Part shown: positions 1 to 7,788 of the stretch, piece by piece
How positions within the stretch are numbered: the stretch's first letter is position 1
Layout: each line of letters opens with the position of its first letter
Assembly: GCA_046582655.1 (NCBI GenBank)
Contig: JAYGDX010000133.1
Location: forward strand, 1 to 17,017
Reading direction: 5' to 3'
Length of the DNA: 17,017 bases
Source: Candidatus Poribacteria bacterium
Lineage (GTDB): Bacteria > Poribacteria > WGA-4E > UBA9662
The notes under the pieces: generated by a model
Databases searched by the model: none
Seen by the model: the letters and a program-made list of their open reading frames with translations, nothing else
Told to the model about the DNA's origin: nothing
Position numbers and translations under genes: made by a program

Positions 1-21
1 AATATGCATTTTTATTTTCAT
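1..21 (-). CDS. Probable 5' end of a gene running off the left edge (MKIKMHI...)
   Basis: Minus strand has AAGGAG (plus 31-36) 9 nt upstream of an ATG at 21, and the frame is open to the window edge. Only 7 codons are visible. Confidence 0.45.
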
Positions 22-47
22 CCCGATAGACTCCTTATCTCAAGATT

Positions 48-88
48 TTAAAATGAAAAGGGCAACCTAGAAACTAGATCACCCTTCT
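48..88 (-). terminator. Rho-independent terminator downstream of the first LamG gene
   Basis: 13-nt arms at 58-70 and 74-86 with a 3-nt loop. On the minus strand (AAGGGTGATCTAG-TTT-CTAGGTTGCCCTT) all three mismatches are G-U wobbles and a U-rich tract follows. It lies about 20 nt after the stop at 108. Confidence 0.75.
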
Positions 89-107
89 TTGATATCGCAT
101 AAAAAGA

Positions 108-893
108 TTATTTCAATGATTTAATATGGGCCCATTTTGAAGCGAGCTTACCTTTGGCATCAACTGCTGCTTTGGGAAGACCATCCATATATTTCGTGAC
201 TTGATCTGCAGATAATGCCTCATCCCAGAGTCCGATTTCATCCATCCTACCGACGAATGGTCGGCCGTTGTCAGCATTAAGCCCCACACGAGCCCCTTGG
301 TCCCAGTTTTTATTGACGGTTTTACCTTTACTTTCGGCACGTGCGTCTTTGCCAACCTCTTTACCATCAATATAAAGAGTGGCGACTCCAGTTACTGAAT
401 CATAGATGGCAGCAAAATGGTGCCACTCACCTTTGACCGGTTTCCCTGCCTTAACTTCGCCAAGTGTTCCCAACGGTTTATCGCCCCTGACTGTCCATCG
501 GTAGATTCCTCCACCTGGACGGACTTCCGGGTGAATCAGCCATTGACCATCAGCTGCCCAGGCATTAAAGATTGCTTGGTCGCCATCGGCTTCAACATTG
601 ACCCAAGCCAGCAGACTGAACCCTTTGGTAGGAATCAGATTGGCAGGCACTTTGGGCCCGTTTAAGTCTAGGTAACCGCCATCTTTGAATCTGGCCGCTT
701 TGCCGACTTTTCCGCCGTCCAGCGTTACATTACCAACGATTTTGCCGTTGAGGCCATTCCCTGATCGATCAGGGATAGCACCGTCCTTGATCTCTTCAAA
801 ATCGTAGTAAAAGGTGAGGCCTGCAACCGAGCTGGTTGTACCAACCATAAGTAGTGTCAGCATAACGAAGATTGCTATGATGCATTGTCGCAT
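108..893 (-). CDS. Secreted LamG-like jellyroll (concanavalin A-like lectin/glucanase fold) protein with conserved C-terminal tail
   Basis: N-terminal signal peptide. LamG_3-type motifs YYDFEE..DRSGNGLNG, GKVGKAARF, WHHFAAIYD, LYIDG and FVGRMDEIGLWDEALS. Tail AVDAKGKLASKWAHIK. AAGGAG RBS at plus 902-907. Confidence 0.9.
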   Translation of the reverse strand: MRQCIIAIFVMLTLLMVGTTSSVAGLTFYYDFEEIKDGAIPDRSGNGLNGKIVGNVTLDGGKVGKAARFKDGGYLDLNGPKVPANLIPTKGFSLLAWVNVEADGDQAIFNAWAADGQWLIHPEVRPGGGIYRWTVRGDKPLGTLGEVKAGKPVKGEWHHFAAIYDSVTGVATLYIDGKEVGKDARAESKGKTVNKNWDQGARVGLNADNGRPFVGRMDEIGLWDEALSADQVTKYMDGLPKAAVDAKGKLASKWAHIKSLK

Positions 894-1001
894 TGAAAAT
901 TCTCCTTATTCGACATCGATTTAAATATTAATAATATCTTACTGAACATCAACTAATGATGTAGTAGCAAGTAGACAACTAAAATTTAGTACGAAATAAT
1001 A

Positions 1002-1030
1002 ATAGTAGCATAGAATAAATTCGTTTTCAA
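1002..1030 (-). promoter_or_regulatory. Predicted sigma70-type promoter for the first LamG gene
   Basis: Minus strand TTGAAA (plus 1025-1030), 17-nt spacer, TACTAT (plus 1002-1007) preceded by TGC (extended -10). Confidence 0.6.
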
Positions 1031-1070
1031 CCTTGAGTATGCGTAATATTATGTGTATATACTCAAGGTT
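1029..1070. repeat. Perfect 12-bp inverted repeat (terminator-like hairpin or operator)
   Basis: AACCTTGAGTAT (1029-1040) and ATACTCAAGGTT (1059-1070) flank an 18-nt spacer. It lies about 50 nt downstream of the deacetylase stop and touches the predicted LamG -35 box. Confidence 0.7.
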
Positions 1071-1118
1071 TTAGTTTTTAAGCAGTTTCTCAACAACCGT
1101 ATGGGTCCCAAGTATTTG

Positions 1119-2507
1119 CTACCTCTGGTTCATTGGCACAGCGGGTTTTGCCGTCCATGTCTGGCGTTTTGCCATGGCGACAACATTGTCAGCCTGAAAA
1201 CCGGGTGTCATCAACCAACCGCCAATTCTCATGTTTTTAAAGTCTTCTCGTTCAGCCAAGGCAGGCAGACTCTTAGCTTGTTCAATTATTATCGTTTGAA
1301 TCGGTTCTGAAAATTGGTGCAAGTTTTTAATCAGGAGAGCGGCTGTTTTCAGAAAATCACTTGGACTAATTTGCGTGCCAGCCAAATCGATTACGGAAGG
1401 TACGCGATGGTTGGAGCTCACCGTTTGGTTAGCTTGGGAAGCGCAACTCAAAAACGTATCCAGATCCACCTGGGTTGGTGCTTCTGAAATGCAGTCTTCT
1501 GTCGGGCCAATGGGGCGACGAACTGGGATTGTTGCAGGTAGTACTTGAATATGGTTATATCCATCCAAAATAAAGGCGGCAATACCAAAAATCTCGGCTG
1601 GAGACAGATAAATGCTGCCTGAGTGATGATAGGTCAGTTCATGTGAAACGAGTTGTAGAATATTCAAAGCCGTTTCTAACGGAATCCAAATGTCTGTTTC
1701 TTTATATTTTTCATGAATTTCTTGGTAGGTGACAACTGGAATTTTCTCATTGGCAACGAATCCAAGAAATAGATCTATTGCTTCACTAATAGCTGTTACT
1801 TCTGCCTTTGGTCGTTGAGGAACAGGAATCCATTTTTCTCTTGGTGTATTCAGCCCATCCTTGAAATTCAACCCATCACCGAAACCTGAAGCCACCATGC
1901 GACAAGGATGACTATACATAATTAAGTACCCGTCCGTTCTGCTATTGTATATTTTGAGGAAGTTTTTTTTCATGTGTTCAAATCGATTTTTCGTGTCCAT
2001 CGATTGTTCAAAAGAAAGGTGGTATTTCAGACAGATCTGGTTGCAAAACCACATCGGATGACCTGGTGAGAACTCGATAGGTGCGTCGGTGAAAACAGGG
2101 AGTCCCAGAATCGACATACTGTAAACGACCTGTGGTCCCCAACTGCTTCCCGGTTTACAGTAAGCAATTGGGCGCTGTCCCATGATGTCCTGCAAATCTG
2201 AAATTCCAGTTGTTTCTTCCATCAAGCATCTGCGCACGCCATCGTCCCAGCTGAGCTCATTTAGGTATTCTGCGTGCGTTGGATGGACTGAATGAAGATT
2301 GGAGTGGTAATCAATCTCGTGTTCTTTGAGTGCGTCGATAATATCGCGTCTGCCACGGTCTCTCAGCACACGTGCCTTTTCTCCCACTATGCAAAAACAG
2401 CCTCTAAGATTATGCTTGGTCAGCAAATCAGCCCAAACTTTTGTTGCCTCATCTGCCCAAGGCACCTGATACTCTTCAGTGTCATACGAAAAAACGACGG
2501 ATACCAT
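1119..2507 (-). CDS. Polysaccharide deacetylase-like (CE4/NodB-type barrel) protein with an extra C-terminal region
   Basis: VVFSYDTEE (motif 1), GCFCIVGE, HEIDYHSNLH (metal-binding His pair) and YSHP. About 200 additional C-terminal residues. No signal peptide. AGGA upstream of the ATG. Confidence 0.7.
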   Translation of the reverse strand: MVSVVFSYDTEEYQVPWADEATKVWADLLTKHNLRGCFCIVGEKARVLRDRGRRDIIDALKEHEIDYHSNLHSVHPTHAEYLNELSWDDGVRRCLMEETTGISDLQDIMGQRPIAYCKPGSSWGPQVVYSMSILGLPVFTDAPIEFSPGHPMWFCNQICLKYHLSFEQSMDTKNRFEHMKKNFLKIYNSRTDGYLIMYSHPCRMVASGFGDGLNFKDGLNTPREKWIPVPQRPKAEVTAISEAIDLFLGFVANEKIPVVTYQEIHEKYKETDIWIPLETALNILQLVSHELTYHHSGSIYLSPAEIFGIAAFILDGYNHIQVLPATIPVRRPIGPTEDCISEAPTQVDLDTFLSCASQANQTVSSNHRVPSVIDLAGTQISPSDFLKTAALLIKNLHQFSEPIQTIIIEQAKSLPALAEREDFKNMRIGGWLMTPGFQADNVVAMAKRQTWTAKPAVPMNQR

Positions 2508-2606
2508 TTACTTTTCCTGACAGTGATTCTCAAATATGCAATTACAAATATATTTTACTTTACCTGATTATAGAAGAACTGTTACATTATAAACGCGAAT
2601 AAGTTA

Positions 2607-2639
2607 TTGACATTATACCAAACATCTATACCGTGTCCA
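2607..2639. promoter_or_regulatory. Overlapping divergent sigma70-like promoters
   Basis: Plus strand: TTGACA 2607-2612, 16 nt, TACCGT 2629-2634. Minus strand: TGGACA (2639-2634), 16 nt, TATAAT (2617-2612) with an extended -10 (TGG-TATAAT). Confidence 0.5.
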
Positions 2640-2726
2640 TGAGTGAAAAATGTCTTTTAAAACGAAAAAGTGTGCTGGTGACGGTCGTCAACTTGTTCAA
2701 AAACATTACAAGCTAAGGATAAAGTC

Positions 2727-3749
2727 TTGACAAATTATCGAGTTGGGTTAATTGGTTGCGGTGGTCGTCAGAATGCGCATGTTTCTACTTTTCGACAGGT
2801 CGAAAACTGTGAGATTGTAGCCACCACGGATTGGAACCAAAGCGTATCTGACAAGTTCGCCGAAAAACATGATATTCCAGCAACCTACGCATCAGTAGAA
2901 GAAATGCTCCAGAACGTGGATCTAGATATCGTCACTATTGTCACTCGACCCAAATGGATGTATGGACCTGTTATGGAGGCGATGAACAGCAACGTTAGGG
3001 GGATTTTGATGGAAAAACCTTTTGGGGTTAACATCGAAGACTCTAAGGCCATACTTGAAGCGGCTGAAAAATCTGGCAAAACGCTTGTTGTCAATCATCA
3101 ATATCGTTTCTTTGAACTGACTGAGCGTATGCGACAGATTTTACTCCTCGGTCAACTTGGTGACGTTGAATACTTTCGTGCCATTAGTGCCATTAAACTT
3201 CATGGTCAAGGTACGCACATGATCGATTTTGTGCGTTATCTGTACGATGATCGCCCGTTTGCTTGGGCGTTAGGCAACTTCACCGGAAAAGAGACTTTTG
3301 ATGCCAAGCAAATTGGCCCCGATTTTGATGTTGGTGTGGTTGCTTTTGACGATGGAATTCCATTATACGTTGAATCGGGTCGAGGATCGATGCAAGCACC
3401 TTATCCTGGTAACGGGTTAAACTTGTATGCCGATGCGGTTTGTACTAAAGGACGAATTTGGTTTGGCCTATCGCACGGGTTACGGATCTGGTGGCCTGAT
3501 GGGAATTATGAAGAGATCCAGGGGTCGTGGCCAGAGATAAGTAATCCGGCACAAATTCGTCTGGTGGAAAACATGATAGATACCATGGAAAATGGTACTG
3601 AAAACCGATGTCATGCCAGTAAAGCTTATGCTACCCAGGAAGCTTTATGCGGTCTTTTGGAATCCGGGTTAACTCACCAGAGAGTCTCATTTCCTTTGGA
3701 TATTGCCCCGGATTTAATGGAACGTGTGCGTGCTGCTATTGGAGCATAA
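2727..3749 (+). CDS. Gfo/Idh/MocA family NAD(P)-dependent oxidoreductase
   Basis: Rossmann start VGLIGCGG, DLDIVTIVT, ILMEKP, VNHQYRF and GTHMID. TTG start with AAGGA upstream. Confidence 0.92.
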   Translation: MTNYRVGLIGCGGRQNAHVSTFRQVENCEIVATTDWNQSVSDKFAEKHDIPATYASVEEMLQNVDLDIVTIVTRPKWMYGPVMEAMNSNVRGILMEKPFGVNIEDSKAILEAAEKSGKTLVVNHQYRFFELTERMRQILLLGQLGDVEYFRAISAIKLHGQGTHMIDFVRYLYDDRPFAWALGNFTGKETFDAKQIGPDFDVGVVAFDDGIPLYVESGRGSMQAPYPGNGLNLYADAVCTKGRIWFGLSHGLRIWWPDGNYEEIQGSWPEISNPAQIRLVENMIDTMENGTENRCHASKAYATQEALCGLLESGLTHQRVSFPLDIAPDLMERVRAAIGA

Positions 3750-3861
3750 AGTTTTGGAAGGTTATCCATTCTTCTAATTATTCAAAGAAGAATATCAACA
3801 GACTAAATTTTTCTTAGTTGGATGATTGGAAAGTACTTTACATTAAAGGAGAAAAAATACA

Positions 3862-4614
3862 ATGTTGGATGGGAATTCTATGGAAAACATCGGTTTAGAT
3901 ACCAAAGAGATAGAGCAATTTAGATTGCAAGGATATTTGGGGCCTTATTCCCTTTGTCCTGTTGATGAAATGAGTCAAATTCTTGAACAAATCGAGCGGG
4001 TACTGAATACTGATCCTCCCGACCATAAGAATCGAATTCATAACCGTCATCTTGATGATCAATTGATACACCAACTGTCGACAGATCCTCGGATTGTCAA
4101 GCGTATGGCTTGTTTATATGGTCATGATCTTTTATTATGGCGGACGAATTTCTTCGTCAAGGAATCTGGTGCCAAAGAAATCCCGTGGCATCAGGACTTC
4201 AACTACTGGCCTTTAGAACCACCCATCATCGTCTCTGCTTGGATTGCGATTGATCCCAGCACTGTTGAAAACGGTTGTCTTCAAATCGTTCCTGGTTCTC
4301 ATCGTCGAGTAATTCCTCATATCGAGTCAACGCCGGAAGTTCAGTTCAATCAAATGGGAGATCCTGATTACATTGATCTCAGCAATATCGTTACTTTGGA
4401 GATGGAGCCGGGCGAATTCATACTTTTTAATGAAAGAACGTTGCATCAGTCCGATCCCAACCATTCCAATACGCGCCGAATAGGCTTGGCTGTTCGCGTG
4501 ATTATCCCAATTGTTAAAGTGCTGAACTGGGATTCACCGGATCACACACTTGTCACGATCAGCGGACAAGACCGGCTTGGAGTTAACAATTCAAGCGAAC
4601 CATCAGAAAAATAA
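3862..4614 (+). CDS. PhyH-family Fe(II)/2-oxoglutarate dioxygenase (paralog 1)
   Basis: FFVK..WHQD, AWIAID..ENGCLQIVPGSH and distal TLHQS.PN.S..RR. AAAGGAG RBS. Confidence 0.92.
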   Translation: MLDGNSMENIGLDTKEIEQFRLQGYLGPYSLCPVDEMSQILEQIERVLNTDPPDHKNRIHNRHLDDQLIHQLSTDPRIVKRMACLYGHDLLLWRTNFFVKESGAKEIPWHQDFNYWPLEPPIIVSAWIAIDPSTVENGCLQIVPGSHRRVIPHIESTPEVQFNQMGDPDYIDLSNIVTLEMEPGEFILFNERTLHQSDPNHSNTRRIGLAVRVIIPIVKVLNWDSPDHTLVTISGQDRLGVNNSSEPSEK

Positions 4615-4747
4615 ATCCGCATCATTTTATCGGTCATCGAACAGTCAAGGTCCCTGTCGGGAAGGAACAGGAATTGAGCCTTGGAATTTTCCCTAGAGCT
4701 AAAAATGGGAATTTGGTGGAAGGATAGCTGATATCTATTAGTTGAGA

Positions 4748-6682
4748 TTAATAGCCCTTACTAAAAGGGTAAACAAACAGATCGAATTTCCAGCCCAGCA
4801 AATACCAAATACAACCAATTACCACATCGCCCAGAAATAGGCCGTAGAAAAAGGGCAAAACTCTCCGGTACAATTTCATGCCGCCATATTTGAAGATAAT
4901 CGACTTTAGAATTAAACTGACCAGAAGACAGAACCACAAGACTCCGATTCCCTGCGTTGGCGCCAAAATGTACCCTAGCGGGTGAAACGGCCACCAGATG
5001 AAACGCAAACGCATTAGCGTCAGTCCGGCCGCGAAAATTGCACCGCTGAGAATGAATCCAGCTGCCATTGGGTTGGCCTCTTTCGGGTAGAGAAGTAGGG
5101 ATTCTAGACGAGTAAAGACCTCTCGACCATAACCAGATGCCCAGTAACCGACATAGGGTGTGTCAGCTCCTCGCTGATAATAGAGAGACAGAAACATCCA
5201 GAAGGTTCCAATGATCGCCACCGCCGTTGTACCCACCATCAACAATAACATTCTTCGATTCGAGATTCCGACACGCTCGGCAATTTTAAAGCCCTCCAGC
5301 TGATGTGGCATTGGAGTTGCAGAAAAAGAGCGGTTAAACCAATGATACAGGGACAGAATTGCTAATGATGATGGTCTCAGATGGCGTGTGCCAATGGATT
5401 TGACCAGAAGATAATGTGGGAATATATGTTGCAAGTCGTGTCTGGGAAATCCAAGTTGGGCTCGGATTCTAGTCACGACGAAGATCAGGGACAGATATGT
5501 GGTCAAAAGTGTTACTGATAGGAACATGGACATCCCTGCCCGAACTGAAAAAACCAAGAGAAATAACAGACCTCCAATCAGTCCTCCAATTGTCAGTTTC
5601 AAAGGGATGGGTTCTTTATTCTCGGATTTTAAATCAGGCCTCAATCCGTCCCAAATTTCCAGTAGATACTTTCGGTTAAGCCAAAAAATAAGGACAAAGA
5701 AACTCAGTGCAGCCCCCATCGCTTGCTCGTTGGCAAATGGGAACGAGGGGATTTGACGCCAGCCTATCATACTGGTGACCAAATACTGAAACTTCAGAAA
5801 AAAGTAGAAAAAACAGCATGAAAAAGCTAACTCCAGCGGAATTAGGAAACAGATGGCTAAGACATAGGGGGGCATGACAATTTGAAGTGATCCAATATCG
5901 CTCCATGGCTTTTGAGTCAGGAAAGGTGATAGGCTTCCTCTTAGTTGAATAGCTGGAATTGTCGGCTCAAGGAAGTTGAGGTTATTGAACATAGTAAGGG
6001 TTCCTGCCAGGGTGAATCCTATCCAGAGCAAGGGGGTTTTGAGAAAGTGGGAGGTTTGGGTGACGATGGCTAGCGGCAATTGGATGATTGGATAGGCCAA
6101 TTTCTCTTTTTCGATCCATTGCCGCCGGAAGATTAGGTTAAAGCAGAACATTACCAAAGAAAGCGCGAAAACAAAGGCGCCCCAACTCAACAGTGGGCCC
6201 GTCCATGCCTTTAGGTTTTGGATGGAATAGAGGGTGGATTCTCCTTCATAGAATCCTTGAAGTACTTCTCTGTCACTCACTGTTAGCCAGTGTGGTAGAT
6301 ATCTCCACAATAACTGTTCCCACTCATTTTCTGGTGTGGCAAACCAGTAGGCGTGGCCCATAATCGACAGGAGTATTTGAAGTAAGGCATGGGTACAATA
6401 GCTCGAAGATAAGCTTAGGATGACGTACAAGGCCATTAGTTCACTGGAGGCCAACTTCAGCTGTGGGGCAAATTTCCCGCTAAGCAAGTTCAAAAGTGAG
6501 AAAAAAAACAGGATGAAAACAACGTTGACGAAGGGTACGATGTAAATAAAGTAGGCGCGTGGGGATTCGCGCATGGCTTCAACTTCAATCATCCACCGGA
6601 AGTTAAAAAAGAGCACAATCAAGCCAATGATCATCACTCGAAGCGTAATGCCAGAAGAAATCCGGTTAGTCGCAGTTTGCAT
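4748..6682 (-). CDS. Polytopic membrane protein, DUF6785/DUF6784 type (possible OPT-like transporter)
   Basis: 644 aa with many hydrophobic helices. Motifs TPENEW, FRRQWIEKEKLAYPIIQLP, WWPFHPLGY and KYGGMKLYRRVLPFFYGL match this family as I recall it. Confidence 0.7.
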   Translation of the reverse strand: MQTATNRISSGITLRVMIIGLIVLFFNFRWMIEVEAMRESPRAYFIYIVPFVNVVFILFFFSLLNLLSGKFAPQLKLASSELMALYVILSLSSSYCTHALLQILLSIMGHAYWFATPENEWEQLLWRYLPHWLTVSDREVLQGFYEGESTLYSIQNLKAWTGPLLSWGAFVFALSLVMFCFNLIFRRQWIEKEKLAYPIIQLPLAIVTQTSHFLKTPLLWIGFTLAGTLTMFNNLNFLEPTIPAIQLRGSLSPFLTQKPWSDIGSLQIVMPPYVLAICFLIPLELAFSCCFFYFFLKFQYLVTSMIGWRQIPSFPFANEQAMGAALSFFVLIFWLNRKYLLEIWDGLRPDLKSENKEPIPLKLTIGGLIGGLLFLLVFSVRAGMSMFLSVTLLTTYLSLIFVVTRIRAQLGFPRHDLQHIFPHYLLVKSIGTRHLRPSSLAILSLYHWFNRSFSATPMPHQLEGFKIAERVGISNRRMLLLMVGTTAVAIIGTFWMFLSLYYQRGADTPYVGYWASGYGREVFTRLESLLLYPKEANPMAAGFILSGAIFAAGLTLMRLRFIWWPFHPLGYILAPTQGIGVLWFCLLVSLILKSIIFKYGGMKLYRRVLPFFYGLFLGDVVIGCIWYLLGWKFDLFVYPFSKGY

Positions 6683-6803
6683 AGCTGTTTTCTTTAGGCA
6701 ATCATAGTAGAATCGGATTTTTAGTTAGGAAAGTTGGCGAGTAAAGACACTGCTGGGCTAATAAGTTAGAAGAGCCAGCTATCCACTGTAAAGAGGTGAA
6801 GGT

Positions 6804-6830
6804 CGAGTTGGACGAGTGGGCCGAGTTGGC
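6804..6830 (+). repeat. Three tandem imperfect 9-mers (consensus CGAGTTGGC)
   Basis: CGAGTTGGA 6804-6812, CGAGTGGGC 6813-6821 and CGAGTTGGC 6822-6830. A related AGTTGGCGAGT lies at 6732-6742. Confidence 0.6.
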
Positions 6831-6841
6831 GGGTGCTGACT

Positions 6842-7762
6842 CTAAATTGCCAACGGAGGCGCACGTAGAATTTTGGCTTTTTCTTCTAGCGAAAAGTGGC
6901 TCATCTCTGACTGGAATTGGCCAAGAGAAAATGGTTGTTCGTCAGCAACCATAGGTAGACCATCTTCTTCTTCAGTAACAAGATTGGATTTAGCCCGATG
7001 CTGGATAGCCAGCCAGATCACTTGTTCCCGCTGACGGATGTGTTCAGGTGTAAAGACATCCACAACCGTATCACGGCGATGGTAGCCGAAGTAGACGGTG
7101 ATGCGTAGGTCTGGGGAGGTATTGGTGAAAGACCCGTGGATCAGGTTGCGATCATGTACGATGACATCACCAGCTGCAACCGGTACTGGAATTGAATTGG
7201 GAAGTCGTGGTCCATGCTTTTCGGCCATCGATTTCAGGTTGGCCTGACCCCAACGATGCGATTTTGGAATCACGTGCAGACATCCGTTATCCTGTGTTGA
7301 AGGGTAAAGATAAATTCCGAAATTGACACCGCGTACCGGCTGAACGCCCGTTTTGAAGTTACCATCTTGGTGCCATTCAAACGGGGCCCCATTTTCGGGC
7401 ATTTTGATGACAATTGATTCGGCAAACGGTACAAAATCGGAACCGTACAGGGAGGTCACCGCTTGAAGCAATTTTGGATGGCCGTAGGTTCTCAATATCA
7501 CCTCCGACCGCGCCAGCGGGTTACTGATGCGATTGATAACTTGATGTCCACTATCTGGATCCAGAACTGTAAACGCATAGTCTTCGGGATGTTCAACCAC
7601 TCGGTTGTAACGGTTTTCGCTGGCTCCGAGATGAATTGGTGCCGAATTAATCATCCAATTCAGTTCCTGTCGAAGCATCTCGATTTCGGTTTCTGGCAGC
7701 AACTGTTTCAGCACTAGAAAACCATTTTCTTGGTAACAATCGGTTTGGGCACGAGTCAGCAT
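6842..7762 (-). CDS. PhyH-family Fe(II)/2OG dioxygenase (paralog 2, C-terminally extended)
   Basis: YQENGFLVL, IKMP..WHQD, DNGCLHVIPKSH and IHGSFTNTSPDLR. Confidence 0.92.
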   Translation of the reverse strand: MLTRAQTDCYQENGFLVLKQLLPETEIEMLRQELNWMINSAPIHLGASENRYNRVVEHPEDYAFTVLDPDSGHQVINRISNPLARSEVILRTYGHPKLLQAVTSLYGSDFVPFAESIVIKMPENGAPFEWHQDGNFKTGVQPVRGVNFGIYLYPSTQDNGCLHVIPKSHRWGQANLKSMAEKHGPRLPNSIPVPVAAGDVIVHDRNLIHGSFTNTSPDLRITVYFGYHRRDTVVDVFTPEHIRQREQVIWLAIQHRAKSNLVTEEEDGLPMVADEQPFSLGQFQSEMSHFSLEEKAKILRAPPLAI

Positions 7763-7788
7763 CTTAATCCCAGATCTCGAAATTTATT

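Noticed and set aside
3768..3793. 8-bp hairpin ATTCTTCT/AGAAGAAT after the Gfo/Idh/MocA gene
   Set aside because: AT-rich stem, 10-nt loop and no U-tract, so it is too weak to call a terminator.
3862..4614. PhyH1 as a SyrB2-like halogenase (WRTNFFVK resembles WRxEFFPK)
   Set aside because: It keeps the HQD carboxylate ligand, whereas halogenases have Ala or Gly there. The other three paralogs also keep Asp.
4645..4715. CCTGTCGGGAAGGAACAGG and nearby hairpins as SRP RNA or another ncRNA
   Set aside because: The conserved SRP internal-loop pattern (CAGG...GGAA...GCAGC) is missing. These are more likely weak hairpins between convergent genes.
6804..6830. Tandem repeats as a CRISPR array
   Set aside because: The units are 9 nt with no spacers, and no cas genes are present.
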